Assembly: GCA_965248195.1 (NCBI GenBank) | Contig: CBDFIQ010000002.1 | Location: 2,272,001-2,336,000, forward strand | Source of the DNA: Longimicrobiales bacterium | GTDB lineage: Bacteria; Gemmatimonadota; Gemmatimonadetes; Longimicrobiales; Gaopeijiaceae | Direction: 5' to 3' | Length of the DNA stretch: 64,000 bases | Shown here: piece after piece, positions 10,908 through 19,818 of the stretch | Layout of the letters: each line of letters begins with the position of its first letter | Numbering within the stretch: position 1 is the stretch's first letter | Made by a program: the position numbers and the translations under genes | The notes under the pieces: model-generated | Database searches by the model: none | The model's input: the letters and a program-made list of their open reading frames with translations, nothing else | What the model was told of the DNA's origin: nothing

Positions 10908-12863
10908 CCCCTCCTTGGCTTCGTACTGAGACTTCAGGCGCTCCACAACGTCCGGATCGGCCAGCGTCGTCGTATCGCCCAGGGCCTTCCCCTCTGCAAC
11001 GTCCTTCAAGAGCCGCCGCATGATTTTGCCGGAACGGGTCTTGGGTAGGTCCGCCGTGAAGATCACCGTCTCGGGACGTGCGATCGCTCCGATCTTCTCG
11101 ACGACATGCTGCTTCAATTCCACCACGAGGTCGTCGTCTCCCGCCTTTCCGCCCTTCAACGTCACGAACGCGGCGACGGCCTGACCCTTCACGTCGTGTG
11201 ACTTACCTACCACGGCCGCCTCGACGACTGCGGGGTGGTCCACCAGCGCGCTCTCGACCTCCATCGTTCCAATGCGGTGCCCCGCCACGCTGAGTACGTC
11301 GTCCACCCGGCCCAGAAGCCACAAATACCCGTCGTCGTCCCGCTTCGCGCCGTCTCCGGCGAAGTAGATTCCGTCCCACTTGGACCAATACGTCTCGCGG
11401 TACCGCTCGTCATCTCCGTAGATGGTGCGGAGCATCGCCGGCCACGGCTCGGTGATCGCCAAGAACCCGGCCTCAACGTCATTTCCATTTTCGTCGAGCA
11501 GGGTGACCGAGATCCCTGGAAAAGGATGCGTGGCACTTCCCGGACGCGTCTCGGTGACCGCCGGAAGCGGCGTGATCATGATGGCACCGGTCTCGGTCTG
11601 CCACCACGTGTCCACGATCGGGCAGCGCTCCTTTCCGAGGATGCGATGGTACCACATCCACGCCTCCGGGTTGATCGGCTCCCCGACACTCCCGAGGAGA
11701 CGGAGCTTCGACAGATCATGCTTGTCAGGCCATTCGTCGCCCCACTTCATGAACGCCCGGATCGCGGTGGGCGCTGTGTAAAAAACCGTCACGCCATACT
11801 TCTCGCAGAGGCCCCAGAATCGGTCCTTTTCGGGCCAGTCGGGCGCCCCCTCGTACATGAGGGTGGTCGCGCCGTTGGCCAAGGGACCATAGACGATGTA
11901 GCTGTGTCCCGTGACCCATCCTACGTCCGCGGTGCACCAATAGACGTCGTCCTCCTGCAGATCGAAAACGCACTGCGTCGTCGCGGCAACCTGGGTCAGA
12001 TACCCGCCGGTCGTGTGCACCACCCCCTTGGGTTTTCCCGTCGTTCCGGACGTGTAAAGGATGTACAGTAGATCTTCGGCATCCATCACCTCAGGGGGGC
12101 AATCCGCACTCGCGCCTGCAATTAGATCGTGATACCAGTGATCGCGGTCCTCCACCATGTCGGCGTCGAGCTCGGGGGTGAGGCTCCCCCCTCTCGCCAC
12201 GACCACCACGTTTTCGATCGTCGAACAGGACTCCAAGGCCTTATCGGCGTTCACCTTGAGGGGAACGACTCCACCTCGCCTGTGTCCGCCGTCCGCGGTG
12301 ATCAGCACCTTCGCAGCGGCATCATTGATGCGATCGGCGAGCGATTCCGGACTGAATCCACCGAAAACCACCGAGTGCGGAGCCCCGATGCGTGTGCAAG
12401 CGAGCATGGCGATCGCGGCTTCGGGAATCATGGGCAGGTAAATAGCCACTCGATCACCCTTCCCCACTCCCAGCCCCCTAAGCCCGTTCGCGAACTGACA
12501 CACCTCCCGATGAAGGCTCCAGTACGTATACACGCGGACATCACCCGGCTCTCCCTCCCAAATCAACGCCGCCTTGTTCCGGCGCGGCCCATCGAGGTGC
12601 CTATCCAGACAATTATACGAGACGTTGAGCTTTCCACCGACGAACCATTTGGCGTGAGGGGGTTCCCATTCGAGTACCGTGTGCCAACGCTCGAACCAGT
12701 CCAGTTTTTCCGCCCACGATTCCCAAAAGGCGAGGCGGTCGGCAGACGCACTTTCGTAAAGGCGGCGATCCGGTACGACGGCCCGCTCCCCGAAATGTTC
12801 GGGTGGTGGAAATCGGCGAGTCTCGGTGAGGAGAACGTCCAGGCCCTGACCCTCAGCGCTCAT
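10905..12863 (-). CDS. acs: acetate--CoA ligase
   Basis: [50 protein letters not shown]. Confidence 0.97.
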   Translation of the reverse strand: MSAEGQGLDVLLTETRRFPPPEHFGERAVVPDRRLYESASADRLAFWESWAEKLDWFERWHTVLEWEPPHAKWFVGGKLNVSYNCLDRHLDGPRRNKAALIWEGEPGDVRVYTYWSLHREVCQFANGLRGLGVGKGDRVAIYLPMIPEAAIAMLACTRIGAPHSVVFGGFSPESLADRINDAAAKVLITADGGHRRGGVVPLKVNADKALESCSTIENVVVVARGGSLTPELDADMVEDRDHWYHDLIAGASADCPPEVMDAEDLLYILYTSGTTGKPKGVVHTTGGYLTQVAATTQCVFDLQEDDVYWCTADVGWVTGHSYIVYGPLANGATTLMYEGAPDWPEKDRFWGLCEKYGVTVFYTAPTAIRAFMKWGDEWPDKHDLSKLRLLGSVGEPINPEAWMWYHRILGKERCPIVDTWWQTETGAIMITPLPAVTETRPGSATHPFPGISVTLLDENGNDVEAGFLAITEPWPAMLRTIYGDDERYRETYWSKWDGIYFAGDGAKRDDDGYLWLLGRVDDVLSVAGHRIGTMEVESALVDHPAVVEAAVVGKSHDVKGQAVAAFVTLKGGKAGDDDLVVELKQHVVEKIGAIARPETVIFTADLPKTRSGKIMRRLLKDVAEGKALGDTTTLADPDVVERLKSQYEAKEG

Positions 12864-13006
12864 TCGAGTCCCCCGTTTCGTAGGTCCTCACCCATGCGAT
12901 CCCCTCCGTACTTCATGTGGACGATCCGTGTGCCGAACCCACCCGGAAGACCGAGGTAGTCGCGTTCGGCGTGCGCCCGCCAGAGTATGGCGGTCGAGCA
13001 GCGGAC

Positions 13007-13095
13007 GGCAAGCCGGGGACGGATACGACACCGGCAAGCGGCGACGGATACGACAGCCCGGCAAGCGACGCCGCCAAGCCGACGCCAAGCCGACG
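13007..13095. repeat. degenerate tandem repeats in the acs upstream region
   Basis: GGCAAGC...GACGGATACGACA twice (cores at 13018 and 13043), then GCCAAGCCGAC twice. Confidence 0.7.
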
Positions 13096-13106
13096 GAGTG
13101 GAATCC

Positions 13107-13667
13107 TTATCCCGCCTCTGTCAGCGAAGACCTGAGCCCCTCATGCTCCAGGGCACGCTCGAAGGCCGTGGTCGTGGTTGACGCCAACGCGGATACCGCA
13201 CTCGCTCCCGCCCTCAAGGCTTCCCGCGGGATGGTGAGCTTTATGCGCACCTCCGTGTCAGCGGTTCGCGGATCGTCCTCCGGACCGTCCATTCTCAACC
13301 GCACTACAAACGGGGTATCGGAGTGCTCAGGGAGACAGTCGGCGGTGACCTTTGCGAGGGCTGCGAGAAGATCGGGCATCGGCCCCAGTAGCCCCAACTC
13401 CGGGCCGGCAACGACCAGGGCGAGATTCCCCTTGAGACCCTTCGTCGTTTCGTCCAGGAAAACGTCGATGCTCACGAAATCCGGACGTGCATCGTCGTGA
13501 AAAAAAAGGTAGGCGCTACGTGAACTCTCCCCCTGCCACCGGCCCTCGAACTGGTGGCTGGTCGCCTTCTGGAGACCGGAGAGCACCCAGCCGGAACGTG
13601 TAATACCGTCCTGGACCGCCTCGATCAACGGCTCCAAGGTCAACAGAGGCCGGGTGTCGTCGGTCAT
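13107..13667 (-). CDS. hypothetical protein
   Basis: 186-codon ORF from ATG 13667 (MTDDTRPLLTLEP...) with globular, protein-like composition. Fills the gap between acs and the Fur gene. Confidence 0.65.
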   Translation of the reverse strand: MTDDTRPLLTLEPLIEAVQDGITRSGWVLSGLQKATSHQFEGRWQGESSRSAYLFFHDDARPDFVSIDVFLDETTKGLKGNLALVVAGPELGLLGPMPDLLAALAKVTADCLPEHSDTPFVVRLRMDGPEDDPRTADTEVRIKLTIPREALRAGASAVSALASTTTTAFERALEHEGLRSSLTEAG

Positions 13668-13703
13668 GGCAAAGGCCGGATTGGGGGAGTATATTGCAGA
13701 ATC

Positions 13704-14177
13704 ATGCAAACATCGGATACGAAATCTCAGGACATGGTGTTACGCCGGACTCTTCAGGAGAACGGGCACCGCTTTACCGATCAACGCGCCGCCGTGTTCA
13801 GGCTCGTTGCCCGCAGCAGAGTCCACCCCACCGCGGAGGACGTGTTCCTGGGCGTGCGTACAGAAGTTCCCGGAATCTCCCTCGCGACGGTCTACAAGAG
13901 CCTCGAAATGTTGGTCAGCTGTGGCCTGGCCAAGAAGCTCAACCCCACCGACGGCTCCGCCAGGTTTTGTGGCCGGACGGAGCCCCACCATCACGCACGG
14001 TGCCTGGCCTGTGGGGGCGTGTCGGACGTCGCCGGTGAGCTCGGCGACTCGGAGATTGCCGCGCTCAGGTCGCAGGCCAATGGATTTCACTTGGTTGGGT
14101 ACGACCTCGAGTTGACGGGGTATTGCTCGGACTGCGCGCCGCCGACAGGTAACGAGGCTGGCGCTTCCGCCAACTGA
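13704..14177 (+). CDS. Fur/PerR family transcriptional repressor
   Basis: RFTDQRAAV, HPTAEDV, ISLATVYKSL, HHHARCLACG, GYCSDC. Confidence 0.92.
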   Translation: MQTSDTKSQDMVLRRTLQENGHRFTDQRAAVFRLVARSRVHPTAEDVFLGVRTEVPGISLATVYKSLEMLVSCGLAKKLNPTDGSARFCGRTEPHHHARCLACGGVSDVAGELGDSEIAALRSQANGFHLVGYDLELTGYCSDCAPPTGNEAGASAN

Positions 14178-14187
14178 CGTAATCACC

Positions 14188-15723
14188 CTGGTACCGCCGC
14201 TTCAACTCCCGCGTCTCAGGGGTGACACCACGTTCGATCCGTCCGAGGTTCTCCCGTACGCGAGCGCCGCCGGCCCACTGTCGATCCAGCCAACCGCCGT
14301 CGCCCGTCCCGTGGACGCCGACGATGTCTCCACGATGCTCTGTTGGGCCTCCCGGCATGGGGAGCCCGTGGTGCCCAGAGGCGCGGGCACGGGCATGCCG
14401 GGTGGCAACGTCGGCGCAGGCATCGCGCTTGACATGGGCTCCTACTTCAGGGCCCTAGGGCCCTTGGACGTATCCGCCCGGACGGTGCGGGTAGAGCCCG
14501 GTGTCTTGGCCGGGGATGTAGACCGGGTAGCCCGACAGGCCGGGCTCTTCCTTCCTCCATTGCCATCTAGCGCCGACCGATGCACGGTCGGAGGAATGGT
14601 TGCGAACAACGCCGCCGGAGCGAGGACCTTCAAGTACGGAGCCACACGTGACTGGGTCCAGGCGCTCGATGTGGTCACTGCGGACGGGAGCCAGTATCGG
14701 CTCGAGCGGGCTGAGACCGTCCCTCCCGAGTTCAGCAAACTCCACGCCGAGCTTCGGGCGGAATTGGGGAACGGAACCGCGGGGTGGCCCAAGGTCCGAA
14801 AGAACTCCAGCGGCTACGCGCTCGACCGGTTTCTACCAGAGGCGGACGCCGTTCAACTCGTCATCGGGAGTGAGGGCACGATCGCAGTTGTGACATCGGT
14901 CACGTTGACGCTCGCGCCGGTGCCCGAGGCGCAGGCCGTGGCCCTCATTCCGGTCCGGAACCTTCTCGACCTACCGATTCTGCTTGAGTGGGCTCGTGAC
15001 AATGAAGCGTCCGCCTGTGAATTCTTCGGCCGTCGCTTTCTGGAGGTCGCGTCGCTCACTGACCGCACGTTCACGGCAGCGGCCGGAGACGGGGCCGAGG
15101 CCGCTCTGCTCCTGGAGTTGGACGGCGACCCGGACTCCGTTTTCGAGGGGGCGGAGTCGCTGCGCCACCTAGCACGCGAACTAGGGCTGAAGGCCACCTT
15201 GGGCACGGACGAAGACGATCGGGAGAAGTTGTGGAGCGTGCGCCATTCCGCCAGCCCTTCGATCGCCGAGTCTGCCCGGACCGGATTCGTTTCCACTCAA
15301 ATCATCGAGGACTCGGTGGTGCCACCCGAGGCCCTCGGCACCTACCTCTCAGGACTGGATGAGATTCTGCACAAGGCCGATACGGACGCTGTGATTTTCG
15401 GCCACGCAGGCGACGCCAATGTCCACGTAAACCCTCTGCTCGATATTCGACGATCGGCTTGGCGAGACCATGCCCGCACTATCTTGATGGAAACCGTGGA
15501 TCTCGTGGCCGAGCTCGGAGGGACCCTTTCCGGAGAGCACGGAGATGGGCGGCTTAGGGCACCCTTCGTCGAGCGGATCTGGGGACCGAAGCTGACCGCG
15601 TGCTTCGAGAGAACCAAGGACACTCTCGATCCGGCCGGAATCCTCAATCCAGGCGTAATCATCCCGCTTCGGAACCAGGACCCGCTGGAAGGCCTTTGGC
15701 CCCAGTATGGCGGTTTGGCGTGA
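14188..15723 (+). CDS. FAD-binding oxidoreductase (GlcD/D-lactate dehydrogenase-like); start codon uncertain
   Basis: PRGAGTGMPGG, TVGGMVANNAAG, KNSSGYAL, GSEGT, FGHAGDANVH, SGEHGDG, DP.GILNPG. The family-like N-terminus extends upstream of the first GTG (14311); CTG at 14188 is a tentative start. Confidence 0.85.
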   Translation: MVPPLQLPRLRGDTTFDPSEVLPYASAAGPLSIQPTAVARPVDADDVSTMLCWASRHGEPVVPRGAGTGMPGGNVGAGIALDMGSYFRALGPLDVSARTVRVEPGVLAGDVDRVARQAGLFLPPLPSSADRCTVGGMVANNAAGARTFKYGATRDWVQALDVVTADGSQYRLERAETVPPEFSKLHAELRAELGNGTAGWPKVRKNSSGYALDRFLPEADAVQLVIGSEGTIAVVTSVTLTLAPVPEAQAVALIPVRNLLDLPILLEWARDNEASACEFFGRRFLEVASLTDRTFTAAAGDGAEAALLLELDGDPDSVFEGAESLRHLARELGLKATLGTDEDDREKLWSVRHSASPSIAESARTGFVSTQIIEDSVVPPEALGTYLSGLDEILHKADTDAVIFGHAGDANVHVNPLLDIRRSAWRDHARTILMETVDLVAELGGTLSGEHGDGRLRAPFVERIWGPKLTACFERTKDTLDPAGILNPGVIIPLRNQDPLEGLWPQYGGLA

Positions 15724-17369
15724 TCCGCTTCCCCGTGATCCCGAATCCCGTGGCCCTCCTCCGGATGGCCCGCGCCAAGGCGATTTTCCTGGGGCTCGTG
15801 GCTCTGCTGGTTCTGTCGGTCGGGACCGTGGTGGTCTGGAACGACGAGCCCATGACTCCGCAGCCCATCGAAGTTCCAGAAGCCGTTCGGCCCCCGGTCC
15901 GGCCACCCCCAGGTCAAGACGTCCTCACCTTGCGGAAGGACCTTTCAGCCCTCTTGAACACCCCGGCACTGCGGAGGGCCGAGTGGAGCGTCCTCGTCGT
16001 CTCCCTCGAGGAGGGAGACACGTTGTTCGCACGGGACGAGAACCGCTTCTTGGCACCAGCGTCGAACATGAAAATCGCCACGACCGCTGCGGCCCTCCAC
16101 TTTCTTGGACCCTCGTTTAGGTACCAGACGTTCGTCTTTGCGGACGGGCCCATCGAAAGCGGAATCCTTCGAGGGGATTTGATCCTGTACGGAACTGGAG
16201 ATCCTGGGATCTCCGATCGCTTTTATCGAAATCGCACCGACGTGTTCGAAGCGTTCGCAGATCAGATCGCGGAAGCCGGCATCACCCGCATCGAGGGCGC
16301 AGTGGTCGGCGATGCGACCTATTTTTCCGGGCCCGAGCTAGCGCCGGAATGGGATCCGAGGGACCTGAACGAGTGGTTCGCCGCGTCCGCCTCGGCGCTC
16401 TCATTCAACGAAAACATCGTCACCCTCCTTATCCTTCCGTCGGCTCGCCTGGGCTTCCCGCCCCGGATTGAGACGATCCCTTTCGGATTTCCGCTGGACG
16501 TGAGCAACCGGGCGGAGACGGTGGTGGGCCGTCCCCGTCCCAACCTCTGGTTAGATCGTGTAGAACCCACGGCACGCATTCGCGTCGACGGAGAAATTCG
16601 TCAGGGCGGGCCGAATATTTGGCGCCGCCTGACGGTGCCGGATCCGGCGTTTTTCGCCGCCCGCACTCTAAGAGAGGTGCTGATCTCCAAAGGCATCGGC
16701 GTCAGGGCCCCCGAAAAAGCCGTCCATGACCACGCCGAATCCAGGATCACCGCACGGGAGTCGTGGGCCTCCGGGCTTCTCGACGATGATGAGCCGTGGC
16801 TCCTCGCCCAGCACACGTCCCCGGAGCTGCTCGAGTACCTGACGGTGGTCAACCATGAAAGCCACAATTTGTTCGCTGAGACGATCATCAAGACCATCGG
16901 TAAGGTGGCGACGGGAGAGGGATCCTTCGAAGGAGGCGCCCGTGCGGTTCAGTCGTTCGCCACGAAGGAAGCCGGTATCGAAGCGGCGCAGATCAGGGCT
17001 GTAGATGGTTCCGGATTGTCCAAGGGCAACCGGACGAGCGCGGGCGCTCTAGTCGGGCTCTTACGGCAGGTGGCCACATCCGAAAATTGGGACGCTTTCG
17101 TCTCGACTCTACCCGAGGCGGGCCGATCCCTCCGCAGGATGTACGGGACTCGTGCCGCCCGTAACCTCCGGGCCAAGACGGGGACCATCGATGGCGTCTC
17201 CGCCCTCACCGGAATCGTCACGACGCGGAATGGCGAGACGCTACTCTTCAGTATTCTCTCAAATGAACTCCGATCCACCGGGCCAGCCAAGCGCGTCGAG
17301 GACCGGATCGGCGCTCGTCTAGCTGAGTTCCGCCGCGACATGGCTCCCACGCCCGCTCCCACCTTCTAG
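15720..17369 (+). CDS. dacB: D-alanyl-D-alanine carboxypeptidase/endopeptidase (PBP4, S13)
   Basis: PASNMK (SxxK), GTGDP, ESHNLFAE (SxN), DGSGLS, AKTGT. GTGA overlap with the upstream gene. Confidence 0.93.
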   Translation: MIRFPVIPNPVALLRMARAKAIFLGLVALLVLSVGTVVVWNDEPMTPQPIEVPEAVRPPVRPPPGQDVLTLRKDLSALLNTPALRRAEWSVLVVSLEEGDTLFARDENRFLAPASNMKIATTAAALHFLGPSFRYQTFVFADGPIESGILRGDLILYGTGDPGISDRFYRNRTDVFEAFADQIAEAGITRIEGAVVGDATYFSGPELAPEWDPRDLNEWFAASASALSFNENIVTLLILPSARLGFPPRIETIPFGFPLDVSNRAETVVGRPRPNLWLDRVEPTARIRVDGEIRQGGPNIWRRLTVPDPAFFAARTLREVLISKGIGVRAPEKAVHDHAESRITARESWASGLLDDDEPWLLAQHTSPELLEYLTVVNHESHNLFAETIIKTIGKVATGEGSFEGGARAVQSFATKEAGIEAAQIRAVDGSGLSKGNRTSAGALVGLLRQVATSENWDAFVSTLPEAGRSLRRMYGTRAARNLRAKTGTIDGVSALTGIVTTRNGETLLFSILSNELRSTGPAKRVEDRIGARLAEFRRDMAPTPAPTF

Positions 17370-17606
17370 GGCCCTCCTCCCCAGGGCGGACCGAAGTCTC
17401 TTCCGAAGCTCCACGCCGGACATCGTAGCCAACGTCCTCTCGGCGGTCTCCGGACTGTTCCACCTCACGTCGAGAAGCTCCAAGCCCTGGTCTTCCGCAC
17501 CTGCCGGGTGGAAGTAGAGGTGGTGACGCCCCTTAAAATCGAGGCCCGCCTCCGAGCGTACCGTGGCTACCCAGGCATCGCCATTCGAATCCAGGAATTC
17601 TCTCAT
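17319..17606 (-). CDS. small hypothetical protein
   Basis: MREFLDSNGDAWVATV... 95 aa with protein-like composition; its 3' end overlaps dacB by 51 bp. Confidence 0.55.
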   Translation of the reverse strand: MREFLDSNGDAWVATVRSEAGLDFKGRHHLYFHPAGAEDQGLELLDVRWNSPETAERTLATMSGVELRKRLRSALGRRALEGGSGRGSHVAAELS

Positions 17607-17673
17607 ATGCAGTTCAGGGGTGCGTTGGACATCCCGAATCGGCTGAGTCGTGTCTGACGGGGTTACCCAAAGT

Positions 17674-17845
17674 TAGTGTAGTGGCCCAGAAGTGTCTCGG
17701 CCATTGAGCTCGTTACGCTCGATCGTCTCGCGGTCAACTGGGAGCACGACGAGCATGAAATTCACTCGGTTCGAGCACCGATGCATCCAACCTCGCCGCG
17801 CCTCGGCACTCTCGGTGGCTCGCAAACTTCTGGGACATCACGCTA
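17674..17845. mobile_element. 172-bp TA-flanked MITE-like element with IS630-like ends
   Basis: Imperfect terminal inverted repeats TAGTGTAGTGGCCCAGAAGT (17674-17693) and ACTTCTGGGACATCACGCTA (17826-17845), 16/20 matching, with TA at both ends. Inner stem GCCATTGAG/CTCGGTGGC. Confidence 0.6.
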
Positions 17846-17916
17846 GGTTTGCCGAATCGGTAATCCAACAAAGTGGCGTTCAACCGCTTGGCAGTCCCGA
17901 GCGCAAGGAGCACTGG

Positions 17917-18888
17917 GTGGCCCAGCCCCCCGACAAGGGCCCTGTTCGCACGCGGGAGTTCGAGGATCGAGCCGCCGCCGCTAGGCCCACACACCTACGG
18001 ACCGACCTGGCGCTCATCGTGCTGAGCGTGATCTGGGGCGTCAACTTCTCCGTGATCAAGATCGCTCTGAGAGAGTTTGATCCACTGGCATTCAACGCCA
18101 TACGATTCGTGCTGGCGTCGCTGACGCTCTTCGTCTTCCTGCGTCTCAGCGGCGGGGTCCCGTTCCCCGCGCGACGACATTGGGGCCGCGTCGTTTTCTT
18201 GGGTTTGCTCGCGAACATCGTCTACCAACTCCTATTCATTTACGGCGTCGACCGGACTCTCGCCGGCAACGCCGGGTTGGTCCTCGCGACGACGCCGGTG
18301 TGGACCTTGATTCTCGCATCCGTCTCGGGGCAAGAACACCACGGGTTTCCCGTCTGGGGCGGCGTATTGGCCACGCTGGGGGGGATGGTACTCGTCGTTC
18401 TCGGTGGGGACGACGGCGTGGGATCGGGTGGGGGCCTGTTGACGGGTGATCTAATGCTCGTGCTGGCCGCCATCACATGGGCCGCCTACACCGTTGGCAC
18501 GCAGGGGCTCACTCGTGAGTACGGAGCGCTGGCGGTAACCTCGTGGACGCTCTGGGTGGGCACCATCGGCCTGGTGGCACTTGGAGGCCCATCTCTCTGG
18601 TCTCTGGACTTGGATGCCATCTCGCGGATTGGTTGGATGGGTGTCGTATATTCGGGAGTTCTGGCGATCGCCGTCGCCTATCTAATCTGGAACCACGGCC
18701 TCGAGCACATCGGGGGACCGCGCACCGCAGCGTTCTCGAATCTGGTCCCGGTCGTGGCGCTGATTACCGCCGCCCTCTGGCTCGGTGAGGATCCCAGTCC
18801 CACACAGGTTGTGGGCGCGATCATCATCATCGGGGGCGTGTGGGTCGCACGCGTGGCCGGTGGAACGCATGTGGAGGCGAGCTACTGA
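17917..18888 (+). CDS. EamA/DMT family transporter
   Basis: AAGGAG SD with GTG start; IWGVNFSVIK, two EamA repeats, about 10 TM segments, NLVPVVA, LGE. Confidence 0.92.
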   Translation: MAQPPDKGPVRTREFEDRAAAARPTHLRTDLALIVLSVIWGVNFSVIKIALREFDPLAFNAIRFVLASLTLFVFLRLSGGVPFPARRHWGRVVFLGLLANIVYQLLFIYGVDRTLAGNAGLVLATTPVWTLILASVSGQEHHGFPVWGGVLATLGGMVLVVLGGDDGVGSGGGLLTGDLMLVLAAITWAAYTVGTQGLTREYGALAVTSWTLWVGTIGLVALGGPSLWSLDLDAISRIGWMGVVYSGVLAIAVAYLIWNHGLEHIGGPRTAAFSNLVPVVALITAALWLGEDPSPTQVVGAIIIIGGVWVARVAGGTHVEASY

Positions 18889-18901
18889 AAATGCCGACGC
18901 C

Positions 18902-19711
18902 CTATCCGGTGGATCCCGATTCGAGCCTGGGGTGATGACGGACTTCCGGAAATTCGTACACGATGATCCCCTCATTCGTGACGTCCGATCGGACGCGCAG
19001 GCCATCGTCCATCCCATCCAAGACCCCCTCGGCCGCCGAGAGCGACAGATCCAGCGAGGCCGCGACCTCCGTCACCGTCAACGTTCCACCCGTTTCGGTG
19101 GCGAGAAGTAGCACCCGCCGTTGAAGCCGGGTCATGAGCGCCTGCCGCCGGGCCTGACGTGCCTTGAGTCCCCACCAGATCGTTGCGGTACCGGCAGCCC
19201 CAACCACACTTCCGATTGCGATCGCCTCAATAGCGAACTGGACCACGCCGATCGAGATTAGGAGGGCCGCGAAAAGCACCATCGCGACGCCCAGTACCCG
19301 GCGCCCGACGCCCCGTCTCGGGAGATCGTCGGCTCCGACTCGGGCACCGCGGCCGACTAGATCTGTGCCCGCTGACCCCGTAAAGGCCGGGTGGCCGGCG
19401 AAACCCGGCCCCGGAATCCGGGCCCTCGCCCACCCCAAGCCACACTGCGCACAAATTCGATGCTTTCGCCGAGCGAAATAATAAGCAAAGCCGCCAAGCC
19501 CATAGGTGAAAACGGAGATCCCGATGAGCAACCCCATGTGACCAGGCCGCTGAAAGTACCTTACTCCGGTCCCGACGTGGCCGCATCGCGGGCAACTTCG
19601 GAGGTCGACGCCCATGGGCCTCATGACCGGCTGAGCGAAAGCCACCGCCCCGCACGTGGGGCAGGTGCTTTCGTGCTCCGTCAAATACTCACCGCAGGTC
19701 GTACAGCGCAT
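18902..19711 (-). CDS. membrane protein: zinc ribbon, LITAF-like CxxC-hydrophobic-CxxC domain, two TM helices and a C-terminal winged-helix-like domain
   Basis: CTTC..CPTC; CPRC-hydrophobic-HRICAQC; two TM helices; GGTLTVTEVAASLDLS...EGIIVYEF. Confidence 0.7.
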   Translation of the reverse strand: MRCTTCGEYLTEHESTCPTCGAVAFAQPVMRPMGVDLRSCPRCGHVGTGVRYFQRPGHMGLLIGISVFTYGLGGFAYYFARRKHRICAQCGLGWARARIPGPGFAGHPAFTGSAGTDLVGRGARVGADDLPRRGVGRRVLGVAMVLFAALLISIGVVQFAIEAIAIGSVVGAAGTATIWWGLKARQARRQALMTRLQRRVLLLATETGGTLTVTEVAASLDLSLSAAEGVLDGMDDGLRVRSDVTNEGIIVYEFPEVRHHPRLESGSTG

Positions 19712-19818
19712 TTGCCCTCGACGAATGGGTCCTCCCGGAAGTAGACACTCCATACTACGCGTTCGTTCCGGAGAAGATTCACCTCTCCACACCGTCGTTT
19801 GCCGACGAGCACCCCCGG

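Noticed and set aside
17319..17369. 51-bp convergent overlap between dacB and the small hypothetical gene
   Set aside because: Short tail-to-tail overlaps of low-complexity ends are common in GC-rich genomes.
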